A DNA stretch of 64,000 nucleotides from positions 736,001-800,000 of the forward strand of contig OZ219791.1 of the NCBI GenBank assembly GCA_964291215.2, given 5' to 3'. This document shows, piece by piece, positions 42,094 to 53,936 of this stretch. The notes under the pieces were generated by a model that searched no databases, was not told the DNA's origin, and saw only the letters and a program-made list of their open reading frames with translations. The translations under genes and the position numbers were made by a program. Each line of letters begins with the position of its first letter. Within the stretch, counting starts at the first letter, position 1. This DNA comes from Alphaproteobacteria bacterium. Lineage in GTDB: Bacteria > Pseudomonadota > Alphaproteobacteria > MPNO01 > UBA830.

Positions 42094-44022
42094 ATGGACC
42101 AGCGCAACCTCGTCGCCGCCATCGCGTTTTCCGTCGCCATCCTGCTGGGTTGGCAGATCTTTATCGAGGCGCCGAGAATCGGGCAGGAACAGGCGCGGCG
42201 CCAGGCCGAGGCCGAGCGCGCCGCCGTGCTGCCGCCCGCCGCCGGCGTCACGCCGCCCGCCGCGCAGGCCCCGCCGCCGACGGCTGGCGCTCCGGTCGCC
42301 GGCGCGCCCGTAGTGCAGACGCCGCGCCGCGAGGATGTGCTGGGAGCGTCGCCCCGGGTGCGGATCAACACCGACCGGGTGACCGGGTCGATACGCCTGG
42401 AAGGCGCGCTCATCGACGATCTCACCCTGACCGAATACCGCCAGGAGGTCGAGGAGGACAGCTCCCGCATCATCTTGCTGTCGCCGCCCGATACAGAGAA
42501 GCCGTACTTCGCGCGGTTCGGCTGGGTCGCCGCGACGCCCGGGGTCGAGGTTCCGGGTCCCGAGACGGTGTGGCGGGCGGACCGGGCGGAGCTGACGCCC
42601 GACAGGCCGGTGACGCTGACCTGGACGAATCCCGCCGGTGTCGAGTTCAGCCAGATAATCTCCATCGACCGCAATTTCATGTTCTCCGTCGTGCAGCGGG
42701 TTCGCAACGCCAGCGCGGGCTCCGTCTCGGTCAGTCCCTACGGGCTGGTCTCGATGACCGGGACGCCGGAGACATCGGGTTTCTGGATCCTGCACGAGGG
42801 CCTGATCGGCGTCTTCGACAACCAGCTGAAGGAAGTCGATTACGACGATGTCCAGGACGAGGACGGCGGCCAGATCAGGATCGCGGCGACGGGCGGCTGG
42901 CTCGGCATCACCGCCAAGTATTTTGCGACTGCGCTGATCCCGGACCAGAAGGCCGCCAACACCAGCCGGTTCGTGCATACCGCGCCGCAGCAGACCGACA
43001 AGTACCAGGCCGACTTTCTGGCGGCGGCGCTGACGGTGGCCCCCGGGGAGGCGGCGGAATTTCCGGCGCGCCTGTTCGCCGGCGCCAAGGAGGTGCTGCT
43101 CCTTGACGCCTACGAGGAGGAGCTGGGGATCCCGCGGTTCGACCGCATGGTGGATTTCGGGTGGTTCTACTTCCTGACCAAGCCGATCTTCTACGTCATC
43201 GAGTATTTCTACAGGATGCTGGGCAATTTCGGGCTCGCGATCCTGCTCCTGACAGTCATCATCAAGATCTTCTTCTTCCCGCTCGCCAACAAGTCCTATC
43301 GCTCGATGAGCCGGCTCAAGACACTCCAGCCCAAGATGATGGAGATCCGCGAGCGCTTCAAGGAAGACCGCCAACGCCAGCAGCAGGCGATGATGGAGCT
43401 GTACAAGAAGGAAGGGGCAAACCCGATGTCGGGCTGCTTCCCCATCCTGATACAGATCCCGGTGTTCTTCGCGCTCTACAAGGTGCTGTTCGTCACCATC
43501 GAGATGCGCCACGCTCCGTTCTTCGGCTGGATACAGGATCTCTCGGCCCCTGACCCCCTGGGCATCCTGACCCTGTTCGGTCTGGTTCCATGGGACGTTC
43601 CCCAGGCGTTGATCATCGTCAATATCGGTATCTGGCCCATCATCATGGGCGGTACGATGTACCTGCAGCAGAAGCTCAACCCGCAGCCGGCGGATCCGAT
43701 GCAGCAGAAGATATTCATGCTGCTCCCCATCGTCTTCACGTTCCTGCTCGGGAGTTTCCCGGCCGGGCTGGTGATCTACTGGGCCTGGAACAATCTTCTG
43801 TCGATCGCCCAGCAATGGCTGATCATGCGTCAGATGGGGGTCAAGGCATCCGGCGAACTCGTGAGCGCGTCCGCGCCGACCCCGCCGCCGCGCGGCGGCG
43901 GGGCCAAGGCCGCGGATGCCGGAGAGAAGACGGCGGCCAAGGCGGACGGCGGCGCTGCCGAGGCCGCGCAACCCAAGAACCAGAACCGCCGGAAGACGCG
44001 GCGCCAGCGCCGCCGCCAATAG
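42094..44022 (+). CDS. yidC: Membrane protein insertase
   Basis: DFGWF, NPMSGC and GLVIYW motifs. Confidence 0.96.
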   Translation: MDQRNLVAAIAFSVAILLGWQIFIEAPRIGQEQARRQAEAERAAVLPPAAGVTPPAAQAPPPTAGAPVAGAPVVQTPRREDVLGASPRVRINTDRVTGSIRLEGALIDDLTLTEYRQEVEEDSSRIILLSPPDTEKPYFARFGWVAATPGVEVPGPETVWRADRAELTPDRPVTLTWTNPAGVEFSQIISIDRNFMFSVVQRVRNASAGSVSVSPYGLVSMTGTPETSGFWILHEGLIGVFDNQLKEVDYDDVQDEDGGQIRIAATGGWLGITAKYFATALIPDQKAANTSRFVHTAPQQTDKYQADFLAAALTVAPGEAAEFPARLFAGAKEVLLLDAYEEELGIPRFDRMVDFGWFYFLTKPIFYVIEYFYRMLGNFGLAILLLTVIIKIFFFPLANKSYRSMSRLKTLQPKMMEIRERFKEDRQRQQQAMMELYKKEGANPMSGCFPILIQIPVFFALYKVLFVTIEMRHAPFFGWIQDLSAPDPLGILTLFGLVPWDVPQALIIVNIGIWPIIMGGTMYLQQKLNPQPADPMQQKIFMLLPIVFTFLLGSFPAGLVIYWAWNNLLSIAQQWLIMRQMGVKASGELVSASAPTPPPRGGGAKAADAGEKTAAKADGGAAEAAQPKNQNRRKTRRQRRRQ

Positions 44023-44060
44023 GCCGGGACCGGCTGCCGTGAACGGGCGGGACGGGCGAC

Positions 44061-44720
44061 ATGACCGGTGACGGGCCGCAGCAGAGCGGGTTCGATGCCG
44101 ACGCGATCGAGCGCGGACGCTGGCTGTTCGCGCAGGACTGCGTCTTTGTCGCCGGCGCCGTGGACCATGCGGGCCTTCCCGAGGCGGCGCTGCCCGAGGT
44201 GGCGTTCGCCGGACGCTCGAATGTTGGCAAGTCGAGCCTGATCAACGCCCTCACGGGGCGGCGGGCGCTGGCGCGGATCTCGAACACGCCGGGGCGGACG
44301 CGTCAGATAAACTTCTTTCGCCTTCGCGACAGGCTCATGCTTGCCGATCTTCCCGGTTACGGCTACGCTCGGGCGTCGAAATCCGAGATCCGGAACTGGA
44401 CGAAGCTGATCTTCGCCTATCTGCGCGGCCGTCCGACGCTGCGCCGGGTCTGTCTTCTCATCGATGCCCGCCACGGCATCAAGGACTCCGACGAGGGTGT
44501 CATGCGGCGGCTGGACGACGCCGCGGTGTCGTACCAGATCGTCCTCACGAAATGCGACAAGGTCCGGGCCGGCGAACTCCAGCAGATCGAGGCCGGCGTG
44601 TCTGCCCGGATCGGGCGGCGCGTCGCGGCTCATCCCCATGTTCTGCGCACCAGCGCCATCCGGCCCGAAAGCATGGTGGATCTGCGTGCGGAGCTGGCGC
44701 TTCTGGCGGCGGCCGGATAG
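44061..44720 (+). CDS. engB: Ribosome biogenesis GTPase EngB/YihA
   Basis: GRSNVGKSS, DLPGYG and TKCD. Confidence 0.94.
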   Translation: MTGDGPQQSGFDADAIERGRWLFAQDCVFVAGAVDHAGLPEAALPEVAFAGRSNVGKSSLINALTGRRALARISNTPGRTRQINFFRLRDRLMLADLPGYGYARASKSEIRNWTKLIFAYLRGRPTLRRVCLLIDARHGIKDSDEGVMRRLDDAAVSYQIVLTKCDKVRAGELQQIEAGVSARIGRRVAAHPHVLRTSAIRPESMVDLRAELALLAAAG

Positions 44721-44821
44721 CCGCTCCGCCCATCGCGCCGCCCGACCGACAGATTCGCCAGCACGGGGCGTTTCTGCGACGATGACGAAAAGGCGCGGGG
44801 AAGAATGAAGGATGCCTCCAG

Positions 44822-45328
44822 ATGACGGCCAAACCGCCCGCCCGGGATCGGGTCGCGCACGCATCGTAGGCCCTCGGCCTGTCGCTCGATCCGGCAGATC
44901 TGGATGAATTCGTCGAGATGGTCTGCGGCGCCGTCGAGACCTGTTGTCGGCCGCTCGACCGACTGCCCGACAACCTGCCGCCGGTACAGTATCCGCGTAC
45001 CGCCGGGCGCATCCCGGACGATGCCGAAGACCCGCTGCGCGCCTGGCACGTCATATCGACCATCAAGGGTAGCAGGCGCGGAAAGCTGAGCGGCAAGACG
45101 GTGGCGATCAAGGACAACATCGGCGTCGCCGGCCTGCCGATGATGAACGGCGCTTCGGTGCTCCAGGGCCGCGTGCCGGAGGCCCACGACCTTTCGGTCG
45201 TGCGCTGCCTGTGCGGCCGGGTGGCCATCATGAATCGCGGCCGCATCGTCGAGCAGGGGGCGACGGAGCAGGTCTTCCGCGCGCCACGGCACGACTGTAC
45301 CAGGGCCTTGCTTGCGGCCGCCCCCTGA
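44822..45328 (+). pseudogene. Chimeric relic: amidase N-terminus fused to peptide-ABC ATPase C-terminus
   Basis: In-frame TAG at 44867; GKTVAIKDNI (amidase), then HDLSVVR...GRIVEQG...TRALL (OppF/DppF tail). Confidence 0.75.
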
Positions 45329-45480
45329 CCGACTTCCTGCCGGGGCCGGCTGATGTTCGGTGGAAAACGCGGTATCATGGCAACCTCGGCTTGCCGGCCG
45401 GGTTTCGGGCGAGCGCAGTCCTTGCGGGCCGGCATTCCCTCGTCATGAACGGCCATTGCGCCCCACCCGGGACACGTCCT

Positions 45481-46206
45481 GTGAAGCTGACCGATTTCAA
45501 GGTGTTGACCTTCGACTGCTACGGAACCCTCATCGACTGGGAAAGCGGCATGATCAGGGGGCTCGGGGACCTGGTACGGAGAGCCGACCGCGAACTGACG
45601 CGCGACGAGATTCTCGGGGCGCATGCTCGCCACGAGAGCGCGCAGCAGAAATGGACGCCGGCCAAGCCCTACGACGAGCTGCTGCAGACCGTCTACAGGC
45701 GCCTGGCGGAGGAATGGGGCGTGAGCGTGACCCGGGCGGAGTGCGAAGCCTACGGCCGCTCCGTCAGGAACTGGCCCGCCTTCGCGGACTGCCGGGATGC
45801 GCTCGGCTACCTGAAGCGGCATTACAGGCTTGTGATTCTGTCGAATGTGGACAATGACAGCTTCGCTGCGAGCAGCGAGAAGCTCGATGTCGAGTTCGAC
45901 GCGATCTACACCGCCGAAGACATAGGGTCCTACAAGCCAGCGGACCGGAACTTCGAGTACATGCTGGAGAAGCTTGCGGCCATGGGCATCGGGAAGGGCG
46001 ATATCCTGCATACCGCGGAGAGCATGTTCCACGACCACGGCCCCGCAAACAGGTTCGGCCTGACATCGTGCTGGATCTACCGCCGCCATGCCGAGGGCGG
46101 TTTCGGCGCCACCATGACTCCCGGAGAAATGCCGGGATACGAGTTCCGTTTCGACTCGCTGGCTGCAATGGTCGGGGCGCACAGCGAAGCGCTGGATGGT
46201 AGCTGA
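45481..46206 (+). CDS. Haloacid dehalogenase type II
   Basis: FDCYGTLIDW, LSN, YKP and ESMFHD motifs. Confidence 0.9.
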   Translation: MKLTDFKVLTFDCYGTLIDWESGMIRGLGDLVRRADRELTRDEILGAHARHESAQQKWTPAKPYDELLQTVYRRLAEEWGVSVTRAECEAYGRSVRNWPAFADCRDALGYLKRHYRLVILSNVDNDSFAASSEKLDVEFDAIYTAEDIGSYKPADRNFEYMLEKLAAMGIGKGDILHTAESMFHDHGPANRFGLTSCWIYRRHAEGGFGATMTPGEMPGYEFRFDSLAAMVGAHSEALDGS

Positions 46207-46342
46207 CCGGCGGCCGTGAAGCGGGCCCGTGCGGGCGCTCCCGGATCGCGCGGCGCTGAAGAACGCCCGGCGCGGCTGTCTTCGCCCCGCGAGCGGGTGT
46301 GTGATATACCGCGCACACCAATTTCCTCCCGAGGGTTTCAGG

Positions 46343-47287
46343 ATGGCCCCAGCCGCGAAGGACGACGGTTCGATGGATCCGGCGAACGCCAGATCACTCT
46401 TGCGCACGGCCCGGACGCTGTCGGAAGCGCTGCCCTATCTGCAGGAGTTCTCCGGCCGGACTTTCGTCATCAAGTATGGCGGGCATGCGATGGGCGACCC
46501 GAGGCTCGCGGGGCTGTTCGCGCGCGACATCGTTCTCCTCAAGCAGGTGGGAATCCACCCGGTCGTCGTTCACGGAGGCGGACCGCAGATCGGCCGCATG
46601 CTCGAACGGCTCCAGATCAAGAGCCAGTTTGTCGACGGGCTCCGTGTCACCGACCGCGACACGGTTGAGATCGTCGAAATGGTCCTTGCCGGCGCGATCA
46701 ACAAGGAAGTCGTGTCTGAAATCAACCGGGCGGGCGGGGCCGCGGTCGGGATCTCCGGAAAGGACGGGAATCTGATCCGGGCGCGCAAGCTCCGCCATGA
46801 GCGCAAGACGGATTCGAACATCGAAAAGGTGGTTGATCTCGGTTATGTCGGCGAACCGGTCGAGATCAACAATCTCGTGCTCGATGTGCTGGCGGGCTCG
46901 CACATGATCCCGGTGATCGCGCCGCTCGGCGTGGGCGAGGACGGGGAGACCTTCAACATCAACGCCGACACCGCGGCCGGCGCCATTGCCGGCGCCGTCG
47001 GCGCCGCACGGCTCATGATGCTGACCGACGTGGCCGGCGTGCTTGATACCGGCGGCGACCTGGTCAGCGAGATCGACACCAGCCAGGCGCGGGCCATGAT
47101 CGGGGAAGGAACAATCTCCGGCGGGATGATCCCCAAGGTCGAGACCTGCCTCGATGCTGTCGCAGGCGGTGTCGAGGCTGCGGTCATCATGGACGGGCGG
47201 GTTCCGCATGGTCTCCTTCTCGAGTTGTTCACCGAACACGGGGCCGGAACCATGCTCCGGCGCGAGGCGGAAAGCTCCGGCCCATGA
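46343..47287 (+). CDS. argB: Acetylglutamate kinase
   Basis: IKYGG, VHGGG, NINAD and GGMIPK. Confidence 0.95.
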   Translation: MAPAAKDDGSMDPANARSLLRTARTLSEALPYLQEFSGRTFVIKYGGHAMGDPRLAGLFARDIVLLKQVGIHPVVVHGGGPQIGRMLERLQIKSQFVDGLRVTDRDTVEIVEMVLAGAINKEVVSEINRAGGAAVGISGKDGNLIRARKLRHERKTDSNIEKVVDLGYVGEPVEINNLVLDVLAGSHMIPVIAPLGVGEDGETFNINADTAAGAIAGAVGAARLMMLTDVAGVLDTGGDLVSEIDTSQARAMIGEGTISGGMIPKVETCLDAVAGGVEAAVIMDGRVPHGLLLELFTEHGAGTMLRREAESSGP

Positions 47288-47991
47288 AGCCCGGAAACCT
47301 GCCGCAGGCCCGCGGGCTCGGCGATGTCGATACCTGGATCTTCGACCTCGACAACACGCTCTACCGGATGAGCAATCGCATGACGGCCCAGATCGACGAT
47401 CTCATGGGTTCCTTCATTCGCGAGCTCCTCGGCGTCGGCAGGGACGAGGCCTACAGGGTGCAGAAGGACTATTTCCGGAAATACGGGCTCACGCTGCGCG
47501 GCCTGATGCTGCATCACGCCGTTGACCCCGACACCTACATGGAGCATCTCTCGGCGCTCGATCTCTCGGACATCGGGCCCGATCCCGATCTCGGAAGGGC
47601 GATCGGCAGGCTGCCCGGGCGCAAGATCATCTATACCAACATGTTTTCCGGCCATACCGAGAAAGTCATCCGGCGCCTCGGTTTCTCCGGGCATTTCGAC
47701 GGGGTGTTCGACATCGGCACGGCCGACTATATTCCGAAGCCCGCGATCGAACCCTATCGAACCCTCTGCAACCGCTACGATGTCGATCCGCGGCGCGCCG
47801 TCATGATCGAGGACATTGCGAGAAACCTCGAACCCGCAGCGGAGCTCGGCATGGGCACGGTGTGGCTTCGTAGCGGCCCGCGGAGAGGGCCGGAGGTCAT
47901 CAAGACGGAGCACATCGACTATGTCATTGACGATCTTGTCGCCTGGCTGGACGCCGCGGCGGACGGTCTTTCTTCGGCTGGCGCGACGTGA
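47284..47991 (+). CDS. Pyrimidine 5'-nucleotidase (HAD family)
   Basis: [11 protein letters not shown] and EDIARNL; usual position after argB. Confidence 0.88.
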   Translation: MKPGNLPQARGLGDVDTWIFDLDNTLYRMSNRMTAQIDDLMGSFIRELLGVGRDEAYRVQKDYFRKYGLTLRGLMLHHAVDPDTYMEHLSALDLSDIGPDPDLGRAIGRLPGRKIIYTNMFSGHTEKVIRRLGFSGHFDGVFDIGTADYIPKPAIEPYRTLCNRYDVDPRRAVMIEDIARNLEPAAELGMGTVWLRSGPRRGPEVIKTEHIDYVIDDLVAWLDAAADGLSSAGAT

Positions 47992-48061
47992 CGGCGCTGG
48001 CCAGCTGCACGGGCCCTGATCATGGGCCGCGGGGCTGCGAGAACTGCGGGAGAGGAACGAC

Positions 48062-48919
48062 ATGAACGCATGGGAACTTGAAAAGGCGATCGACGAGATC
48101 TGGGAGGACCGCGACGCCATCGGGCCGGACGGTACAGGCCCTGGCTGCGACGAGATCGAGGCGGCTCTCGACGGACTCGATTCCGGAATGTTGCGTGTCG
48201 CCGAGAGGCGCGGCGATGGCTGGTCTGTCAACCAGTGGCTGAAAAAGGCGGTGCTGCTGTCGTTTCGCATCTACGACATGACGCCGCTGCCCGGGGGCCC
48301 GACCTTCCCGGGCATCGGCGAAAGCCCCTGGTTCGACAAGGTTCCCTCGAAATTCGCTGGCTGGGATGACGCGAGGTTTCGCGAGGCCGGATTCCGCGCC
48401 GTCCCCAACTGCACCGTCCGCCGCTCGGCCTATCTCGCCCCGGGCGTGGTGCTCATGCCGAGCTTCGTCAATCTCGGCGCGTATGTCGATTCGGGAACGA
48501 TGGTCGACACCTGGGCGACCGTCGGCTCCTGCGCGCAGATCGGCAAGAACTGCCACATATCTGGCGGAGCGGGCATCGGCGGCGTGCTTGAGCCGCTGCA
48601 GGCGGATCCGGTAATTATCGAGGACGACTGTTTCATCGGCGCGCGTTCGGAAGTAGCCGAGGGCGTCATCGTCGAACGCGGCTCCGTCCTCTCAATGGGC
48701 GTGTTCTTGGGCCAGTCGACCCGGATCGTCGACCGCGCGACGGGCGAGGTCCATTACGGTCGCGTTCCGGCCTATTCGGTGGTCGTTCCGGGAACGCTGC
48801 CGGGACGGAAACTGCCGGACGGGAGTGACGGGCCGTCACTCTACTGCGCGGTGATCGTCAAGCGCGTGGACGAGCAGACACGTTCGAAGACGTCACTCAA
48901 CGAACTGCTCAGGGACTGA
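48062..48919 (+). CDS. dapD: Tetrahydrodipicolinate N-succinyltransferase
   Basis: [20 protein letters not shown] and NELLRD. Confidence 0.96.
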   Translation: MNAWELEKAIDEIWEDRDAIGPDGTGPGCDEIEAALDGLDSGMLRVAERRGDGWSVNQWLKKAVLLSFRIYDMTPLPGGPTFPGIGESPWFDKVPSKFAGWDDARFREAGFRAVPNCTVRRSAYLAPGVVLMPSFVNLGAYVDSGTMVDTWATVGSCAQIGKNCHISGGAGIGGVLEPLQADPVIIEDDCFIGARSEVAEGVIVERGSVLSMGVFLGQSTRIVDRATGEVHYGRVPAYSVVVPGTLPGRKLPDGSDGPSLYCAVIVKRVDEQTRSKTSLNELLRD

Positions 48920-50076
48920 TCGCCATTATCGACGCTCTCGAACTCGCGCGCGATCTGATCCGCCGGCCGAGCGTGACGCCGGCGGATGCCGGTGCGCTCG
49001 ATGTCCTCCAGTCCGCCGCCGAGGGGCTGGAGTTCGCCTGCCATCGGCTGACCTTCAGCGAGGCCGGCACCGACGATGTCGACAATCTCTATGCGCGCCT
49101 CGGCACCGGGGCGCCGAATTTCTGCTTTGCCGGCCACACCGATGTGGTTCCGCCTGGCGATGCCGAGTCGTGGAGTTCCGACCCGTTCGGTGCCGTGGTC
49201 GCCGACGGCGTGCTCTACGGGCGCGGCGCAGCCGACATGAAGAGCGCGATCGCTGCCTTCATGGAGGCGGTGGCGCGCTTCCGGGGACGGCGCCGCGGCA
49301 GTTTCGACGGCTCGATCAGCCTCCTGATCACGGGCGACGAGGAAGGCAAGGCGATAAACGGGACCAGAAAGGTTCTCGAATGGATGGCTGGCCGCGGCGA
49401 GACCATCGATGTCTGCCTGGTCGGTGAGCCGAGCAACCCGCTGGCGCTTGGCGACATGATCAAGATCGGGCGTCGCGGAAGCCTGACCGGAAAGCTCGTC
49501 GTTACCGGCGTCCAGGGGCACACCGCTTATCCGGACCAGGCCGACAACCCACTGCCGCGCCTGATCGCCATGCTGTCGGCGATCGTCGGGACGCCGCTTG
49601 ACGAAGGCACTGCCCATTTCCAGCCGTCCAATCTGCAGTTGACGACGATCGATGTCGACAACCCCGCGCCCAATGTCATCCCCGAGCGGGCGAGCGCGGG
49701 TTTCAACATCAGGTTCAATGACCTGCACACGGGCGACAGCCTGACATCGTGGCTGCGCGAGCAAATGGATGGCGTCGGCGGGGATTACGACCTTGATATC
49801 CATGTCTCGGGCGAGGCGTTTCTTACCCCGCCGGGTGAATTTTCCGAGCTCATCGTTCGCGCGGTGCGCGAAGTCACGGGCAGGGTGCCGGAGTTGGGCA
49901 CCACCGGCGGCACCTCGGACGCCCGCTTCATCAAGGACTACTGTCCCGTGGCCGAGTTCGGACTCGTCGGTCAGACCATGCACAAGGTTGATGAGCGGAT
50001 TGCGGTCTCTGACGTGCGGGTGCTGGTCGAAATCTATGAATCAGTGCTGGAGGAGTATTTCGCCGGCGTTGCCTGA
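48916..50076 (+). CDS. dapE: Succinyl-diaminopimelate desuccinylase
   Basis: [18 protein letters not shown] and GGTSDARF; start uncertain (CTG/ATT upstream of GTG 48973). Confidence 0.94.
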   Translation: MIAIIDALELARDLIRRPSVTPADAGALDVLQSAAEGLEFACHRLTFSEAGTDDVDNLYARLGTGAPNFCFAGHTDVVPPGDAESWSSDPFGAVVADGVLYGRGAADMKSAIAAFMEAVARFRGRRRGSFDGSISLLITGDEEGKAINGTRKVLEWMAGRGETIDVCLVGEPSNPLALGDMIKIGRRGSLTGKLVVTGVQGHTAYPDQADNPLPRLIAMLSAIVGTPLDEGTAHFQPSNLQLTTIDVDNPAPNVIPERASAGFNIRFNDLHTGDSLTSWLREQMDGVGGDYDLDIHVSGEAFLTPPGEFSELIVRAVREVTGRVPELGTTGGTSDARFIKDYCPVAEFGLVGQTMHKVDERIAVSDVRVLVEIYESVLEEYFAGVA

Positions 50077-50109
50077 CGGTCTCTCCGTCAGACAAGATCG
50101 CCGTGGCTG

Positions 50110-51014
50110 CACCGGCGCATCAGCACATCTGGCAAGCGTTCGTTCGTGCGGTGAGGGGTTGTTGTTTCCGTCCGTTCGAGGGGCTTTTGTCAGGGAGTTC
50201 CAGCGTTACCCGGAGCAGTTTCGTGCACGGCTGGGCGGGATGCGCGGTGAGGTTGGGCGAGCACTGGCGCCATGCGGTGTTTTCCGCATTGGTTGCGGTT
50301 TTGTCCCGGCGCTGCGAGAAGGAGCTGAGCGTCATCCTGTGCTGGCCGCGCTTCGATGACGCCCGCTACCCCTTCTCGCTCTTGCGCCCGTACATCGACG
50401 ACCTGCTCGAACGAAGCTTGTTGCGCTCCGCCTCAAGCGCCCTAACTCGCTCCTTCAGAACCTTCTCCTTGGTCTTCAGGCCGGCATTCTCCATGCGCAG
50501 CGACACCACCGTCGACCGCTTCCGCGCGTCAACGCCGGCCTCGGCAAGAAGCCCGCCTGGACGCGCAACCTGCTGTTTCAGCGCAAGAGACTGCTTTGCT
50601 GTCCGCCGAACTTCCTTGATCTCCGCACGGGCAGCTGACAGCTTCTCACGATTGCTCTCGAAAATCGCCTTCAGGGAATTCGCGCGGCTGCGCTCCTCCA
50701 CCTCCTGCAAGCGCAGCTCCTCACAGCGACCCTCCGCAGCCTCGGCTCGAATACGCTCGCGATCGTACAGGGACTTCCAGGTGGCCGAATCACGACACGA
50801 CGACTGCGGCATGTCGCCAGCGGCGTCCGCACCCGATGATGACACGAAATCCTCGATGCACATGACCATGCACGACCTGATGCAGGGCTCTTCTTTTGTC
50901 CGGTTCCGTCCGACGAGGGGGCGTTGTAGGCAGATCTGGAGGTCCATTCGGGGGCGGATTTCGTTGTCGATATGCCGGTTCCGACCTTGAGACGGTGCCA
51001 CCAACTTCAAGAAC
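50110..51014 (-). mobile_element. IS66-like transposase remnant with upstream end sequence
   Basis: Coiled-coil ORF ending YGRKSEK (TnpC N-terminal motif); 50882-51014 repeated inverted at 63843-63973. Confidence 0.55.
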
Positions 51015-51200
51015 GGTCACTCTGACACGCATGTCCGTCGCCGATCGCGACAACAGAATGGTCCTGCGACTTGATGGCACCGCCAAAAAAATTTACAGCC
51101 CCCTTCTCCGAATCACCAAAATAAACCTCGGCGCAGATCGTCATCACCGCACGAACGAACGCTTACCATATCTGAGCATCATTGTAATAACTTTTCCGGC

Positions 51201-51452
51201 ATGAGAACCACATTGAACATCGGCGACGAGATCCTTGAGACGGCGAAGTCGATTGCCGGAGAACGAAATCTCTCGGTGGGCGCGGTGCTGTTCGAGTTAG
51301 CGCGACGCGGATTGCAGCAGGCGACGACAATCCGGCCCGAGCGAAAAGGGGGCCCGTGTTCGGCATCTTTGACGACAGCACGCCTCTCATCCTTGATCGC
51401 GTCAAGCGGCATGAGAACGAGTCCTGACCTTCCTTCTCGATGCCCAGATTAA
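51201..51452 (+). pseudogene. RHH/VapB-like antitoxin, probably degenerate
   Basis: MRTTLNIGDEILETAK...ELARRG; no partner toxin seen. Confidence 0.6.
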
Positions 51453-51508
51453 ACTCCGAACCGAAGCACATTGATTGTCTCTCCACGGAGGTGGTGTAGA
51501 GGGCGGGT

Positions 51509-52249
51509 TCAATCGTATTTCACCGCTCTCAGACAGAGTCCGCTGGCGGGCGCGGTCGGCCCTGCTGCGCCCCGATAGCGGGCCTCGAGCGCTGCCGCGA
51601 CATCGTCCGTGGACCATCGTCCCGCGCCGACGCACTCGAGCGTCCCGACCATGCTGCGGACCTGGCGGTGGAGAAACGAGCGCGCCTCGGCCGTTACGCG
51701 GATCTCGTCGCCGACCCGGCGGACCTCCAGCAGGTCCAGGGTCTTTACCGGCGATTTTGCTTGGCATTCGCTCGCGCGGAAGGTGGTGAAGTCGTGGTGG
51801 CCAACAAGCCGCTGCGCGGCTAGGTCCATGGCATTTGCGTCGAGCGGCGGCCCGACATGCCATACCCGTCCCCGATCGAGGGCCGGCGGCGGCCGGCGGT
51901 TGAGAATGCGGTAGAGATAGATGCGCCTCGTGGCCGAGAATCGCGCGTCGAACCCGTCGTCGACATCTTCGGCTTCGACGACAGAAATCCTCTGGTTCCG
52001 AAGATGGGCGTTCACGGCGGAGCGAAGCGTGTCCGCATCGCCGGACCTGGCGAGATCGACATGGGCAACCTGACCAAGCGCGTGCACGCCAGCGTCTGTC
52101 CGCCCGGCGCCGAATACCCGCACGGTCTCGCCGGAGTATGCGAATACGGCCTCCTCGAGGGCGGCCTGAATGGATGGTCCGTTCCGCTGGCGCTGCCAGC
52201 CAACGTATCCGGTGCCGTCATATTCGACGGTCATGCGGTAGCGCGTCAT
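51509..52249 (-). CDS. truA: tRNA pseudouridine(38-40) synthase
   Basis: [13 protein letters not shown] and SFLHRQVR. Confidence 0.96.
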   Translation of the reverse strand: MTRYRMTVEYDGTGYVGWQRQRNGPSIQAALEEAVFAYSGETVRVFGAGRTDAGVHALGQVAHVDLARSGDADTLRSAVNAHLRNQRISVVEAEDVDDGFDARFSATRRIYLYRILNRRPPPALDRGRVWHVGPPLDANAMDLAAQRLVGHHDFTTFRASECQAKSPVKTLDLLEVRRVGDEIRVTAEARSFLHRQVRSMVGTLECVGAGRWSTDDVAAALEARYRGAAGPTAPASGLCLRAVKYD

Positions 52250-53160
52250 GCGAGCACGGTTCCCGGAGGGAGGGCATAGCCGCGCAGGAACTCTTCCACG
52301 GCCATTGCCGGCCTGCCGGCGCGCTGAATCTCGTCTATCGCGAGCGCATCCTTTCCGCAGGCGACGCGAAGCGGTTCGCTGATCACCGTTCCCGGCGACC
52401 CCGACCCCGGAAAGATTCGCGCCCTCAGGATCCGGAGGCGCGCGCCTTCGTGTTCGCACCAGGTCCCGGGCCACGGGTTGAAGGCCCGGATCCGGCGTTC
52501 TGTCGCGGCCGCGTCATCCGACCAGTCGATCCTGCCTTCGCCGCGCACGAGGCGCGGCGCGTGGGTCGCGTCTTCTTCGGCCTGCGCCCTCGGCTCCGGA
52601 AGGGGCGAACGCAACATTTCCGTTATCCGCCGTGCGCCCAGTTCCGCGAGCCGGTCGTGCAGAACCGGAGCCGTGATATCGGGACCGATTGCGACCGGGG
52701 CAGCGCGGAGGATGGGGCCGGTGTCGATGCCTTCGTCCATCTGCATGAGGGTTATCCCGGTTTCGCTGTCTCCCGCGGCGATGGCGCGCTGGATCGGCGC
52801 GGCGCCGCGCCAGCGCGGGAGGAGCGAGGCATGGACATTGATGCAGCCCTGGCGCGGAGCCGCGAGAATCGCGGCCGGCAGCAGCAGCCCGTACGCGACG
52901 ACAACGGCGATATCGGCATCGAGGCTTGCGAACGCCGCCTGCTCCTCAGCGGCCCTGAGGCCGGACGGGGTGCGTACCGCGATGCTGTTCGCCGAAGCGA
53001 ACTCATGCACCGGCGAGTGTTGTTCGCGATGCCCGCGGCCCGCCGGTCTGGGCGCGCGCGTATAGGCGCAGAGAATTTGGTGGCCGTCGACGACCAGCGC
53101 CTCGAGGGTGGCGACCGCGAATTCGGGCGTTCCCATGAAGACGATTTTCTGTGGCGGCAT
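52246..53160 (-). CDS. fmt: Methionyl-tRNA formyltransferase
   Basis: FMGTPEF and [15 protein letters not shown]. Confidence 0.96.
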   Translation of the reverse strand: MPPQKIVFMGTPEFAVATLEALVVDGHQILCAYTRAPRPAGRGHREQHSPVHEFASANSIAVRTPSGLRAAEEQAAFASLDADIAVVVAYGLLLPAAILAAPRQGCINVHASLLPRWRGAAPIQRAIAAGDSETGITLMQMDEGIDTGPILRAAPVAIGPDITAPVLHDRLAELGARRITEMLRSPLPEPRAQAEEDATHAPRLVRGEGRIDWSDDAAATERRIRAFNPWPGTWCEHEGARLRILRARIFPGSGSPGTVISEPLRVACGKDALAIDEIQRAGRPAMAVEEFLRGYALPPGTVLA

Positions 53161-53196
53161 TCTGCCGGGTCTCCCGCGTCTGCGCGGATCGCAGGG

Positions 53197-53730
53197 TCAG
53201 GCGTGAGCCCCGACCTTGCCCGCGCGGGCGCGCTTTTCCTTCTTCAGTTTGCGGAGAATGATGCCGCGACGCACGGTCGAGAGGTGATCGACGAACAGGA
53301 TGCCGTCGAGATGATCGATTTCGTGCTGGAGGCAGGTTGCCAGTATGCCGTGGAAATCCTCTTCCCGGCGGCAGTTGGAATGGTCGATATAGGAGATGCG
53401 CACGCGGGCCGGACGGTTGATCTCGGCATAATGCTCCGGCAGCGACAGGCATCCTTCCTCGTAAGCCAGCATCTCGTCCGACATGCTGACGATTTCGGGA
53501 TTGGCCATCTGGACGGGCTGCAACTCCTCGTCGTGACGGGCGACGTCTGCTACGATGACACGCTGCAGGCGCCCGACTTGCGGTGCCGAAAGGCCGATTC
53601 CCGGCGCGGCGTACATGGTCTCGAGCATGTCGTCCATCAGACGCCGAACATCGTCGTCGACGGCCGTCACGGCGGCCGATACCCTCTTGAGCCGCCGGTC
53701 CGGCGCGATCAGAATTGGCAGGATTGCCAA
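53197..53730 (-). CDS. def: Peptide deformylase
   Basis: GIGLSAPQ, EGCLS and QHEIDHLDG. Confidence 0.97.
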   Translation of the reverse strand: MAILPILIAPDRRLKRVSAAVTAVDDDVRRLMDDMLETMYAAPGIGLSAPQVGRLQRVIVADVARHDEELQPVQMANPEIVSMSDEMLAYEEGCLSLPEHYAEINRPARVRISYIDHSNCRREEDFHGILATCLQHEIDHLDGILFVDHLSTVRRGIILRKLKKEKRARAGKVGAHA

Positions 53731-53936
53731 GTGCCTGTCCTTCCATGCGGTGAGTTCCCGGGCGTTATACCATGTTCGGCAGGCCGCTGAAGCCCGCGGC
53801 TGGCCTCGTCCCGTCCCCTGCTTGCTGGTAAATTCGGGTTGCGTCCGCGCTTCGTTCGCGACGCTCGCGCCGTCCCGTCGCCACGGGCTCCGTTTGTCAT
53901 GCCGCCGCCGCGGCTCCGGCCGCCAGGAGGTCGTTT

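Noticed and set aside
26604-44019. Long antisense ORFs (e.g. 26604-28103, 33382-35214, 37618-38982, 41824-44019)
   Set aside because: They are shadow frames of well-supported genes in high-GC DNA.
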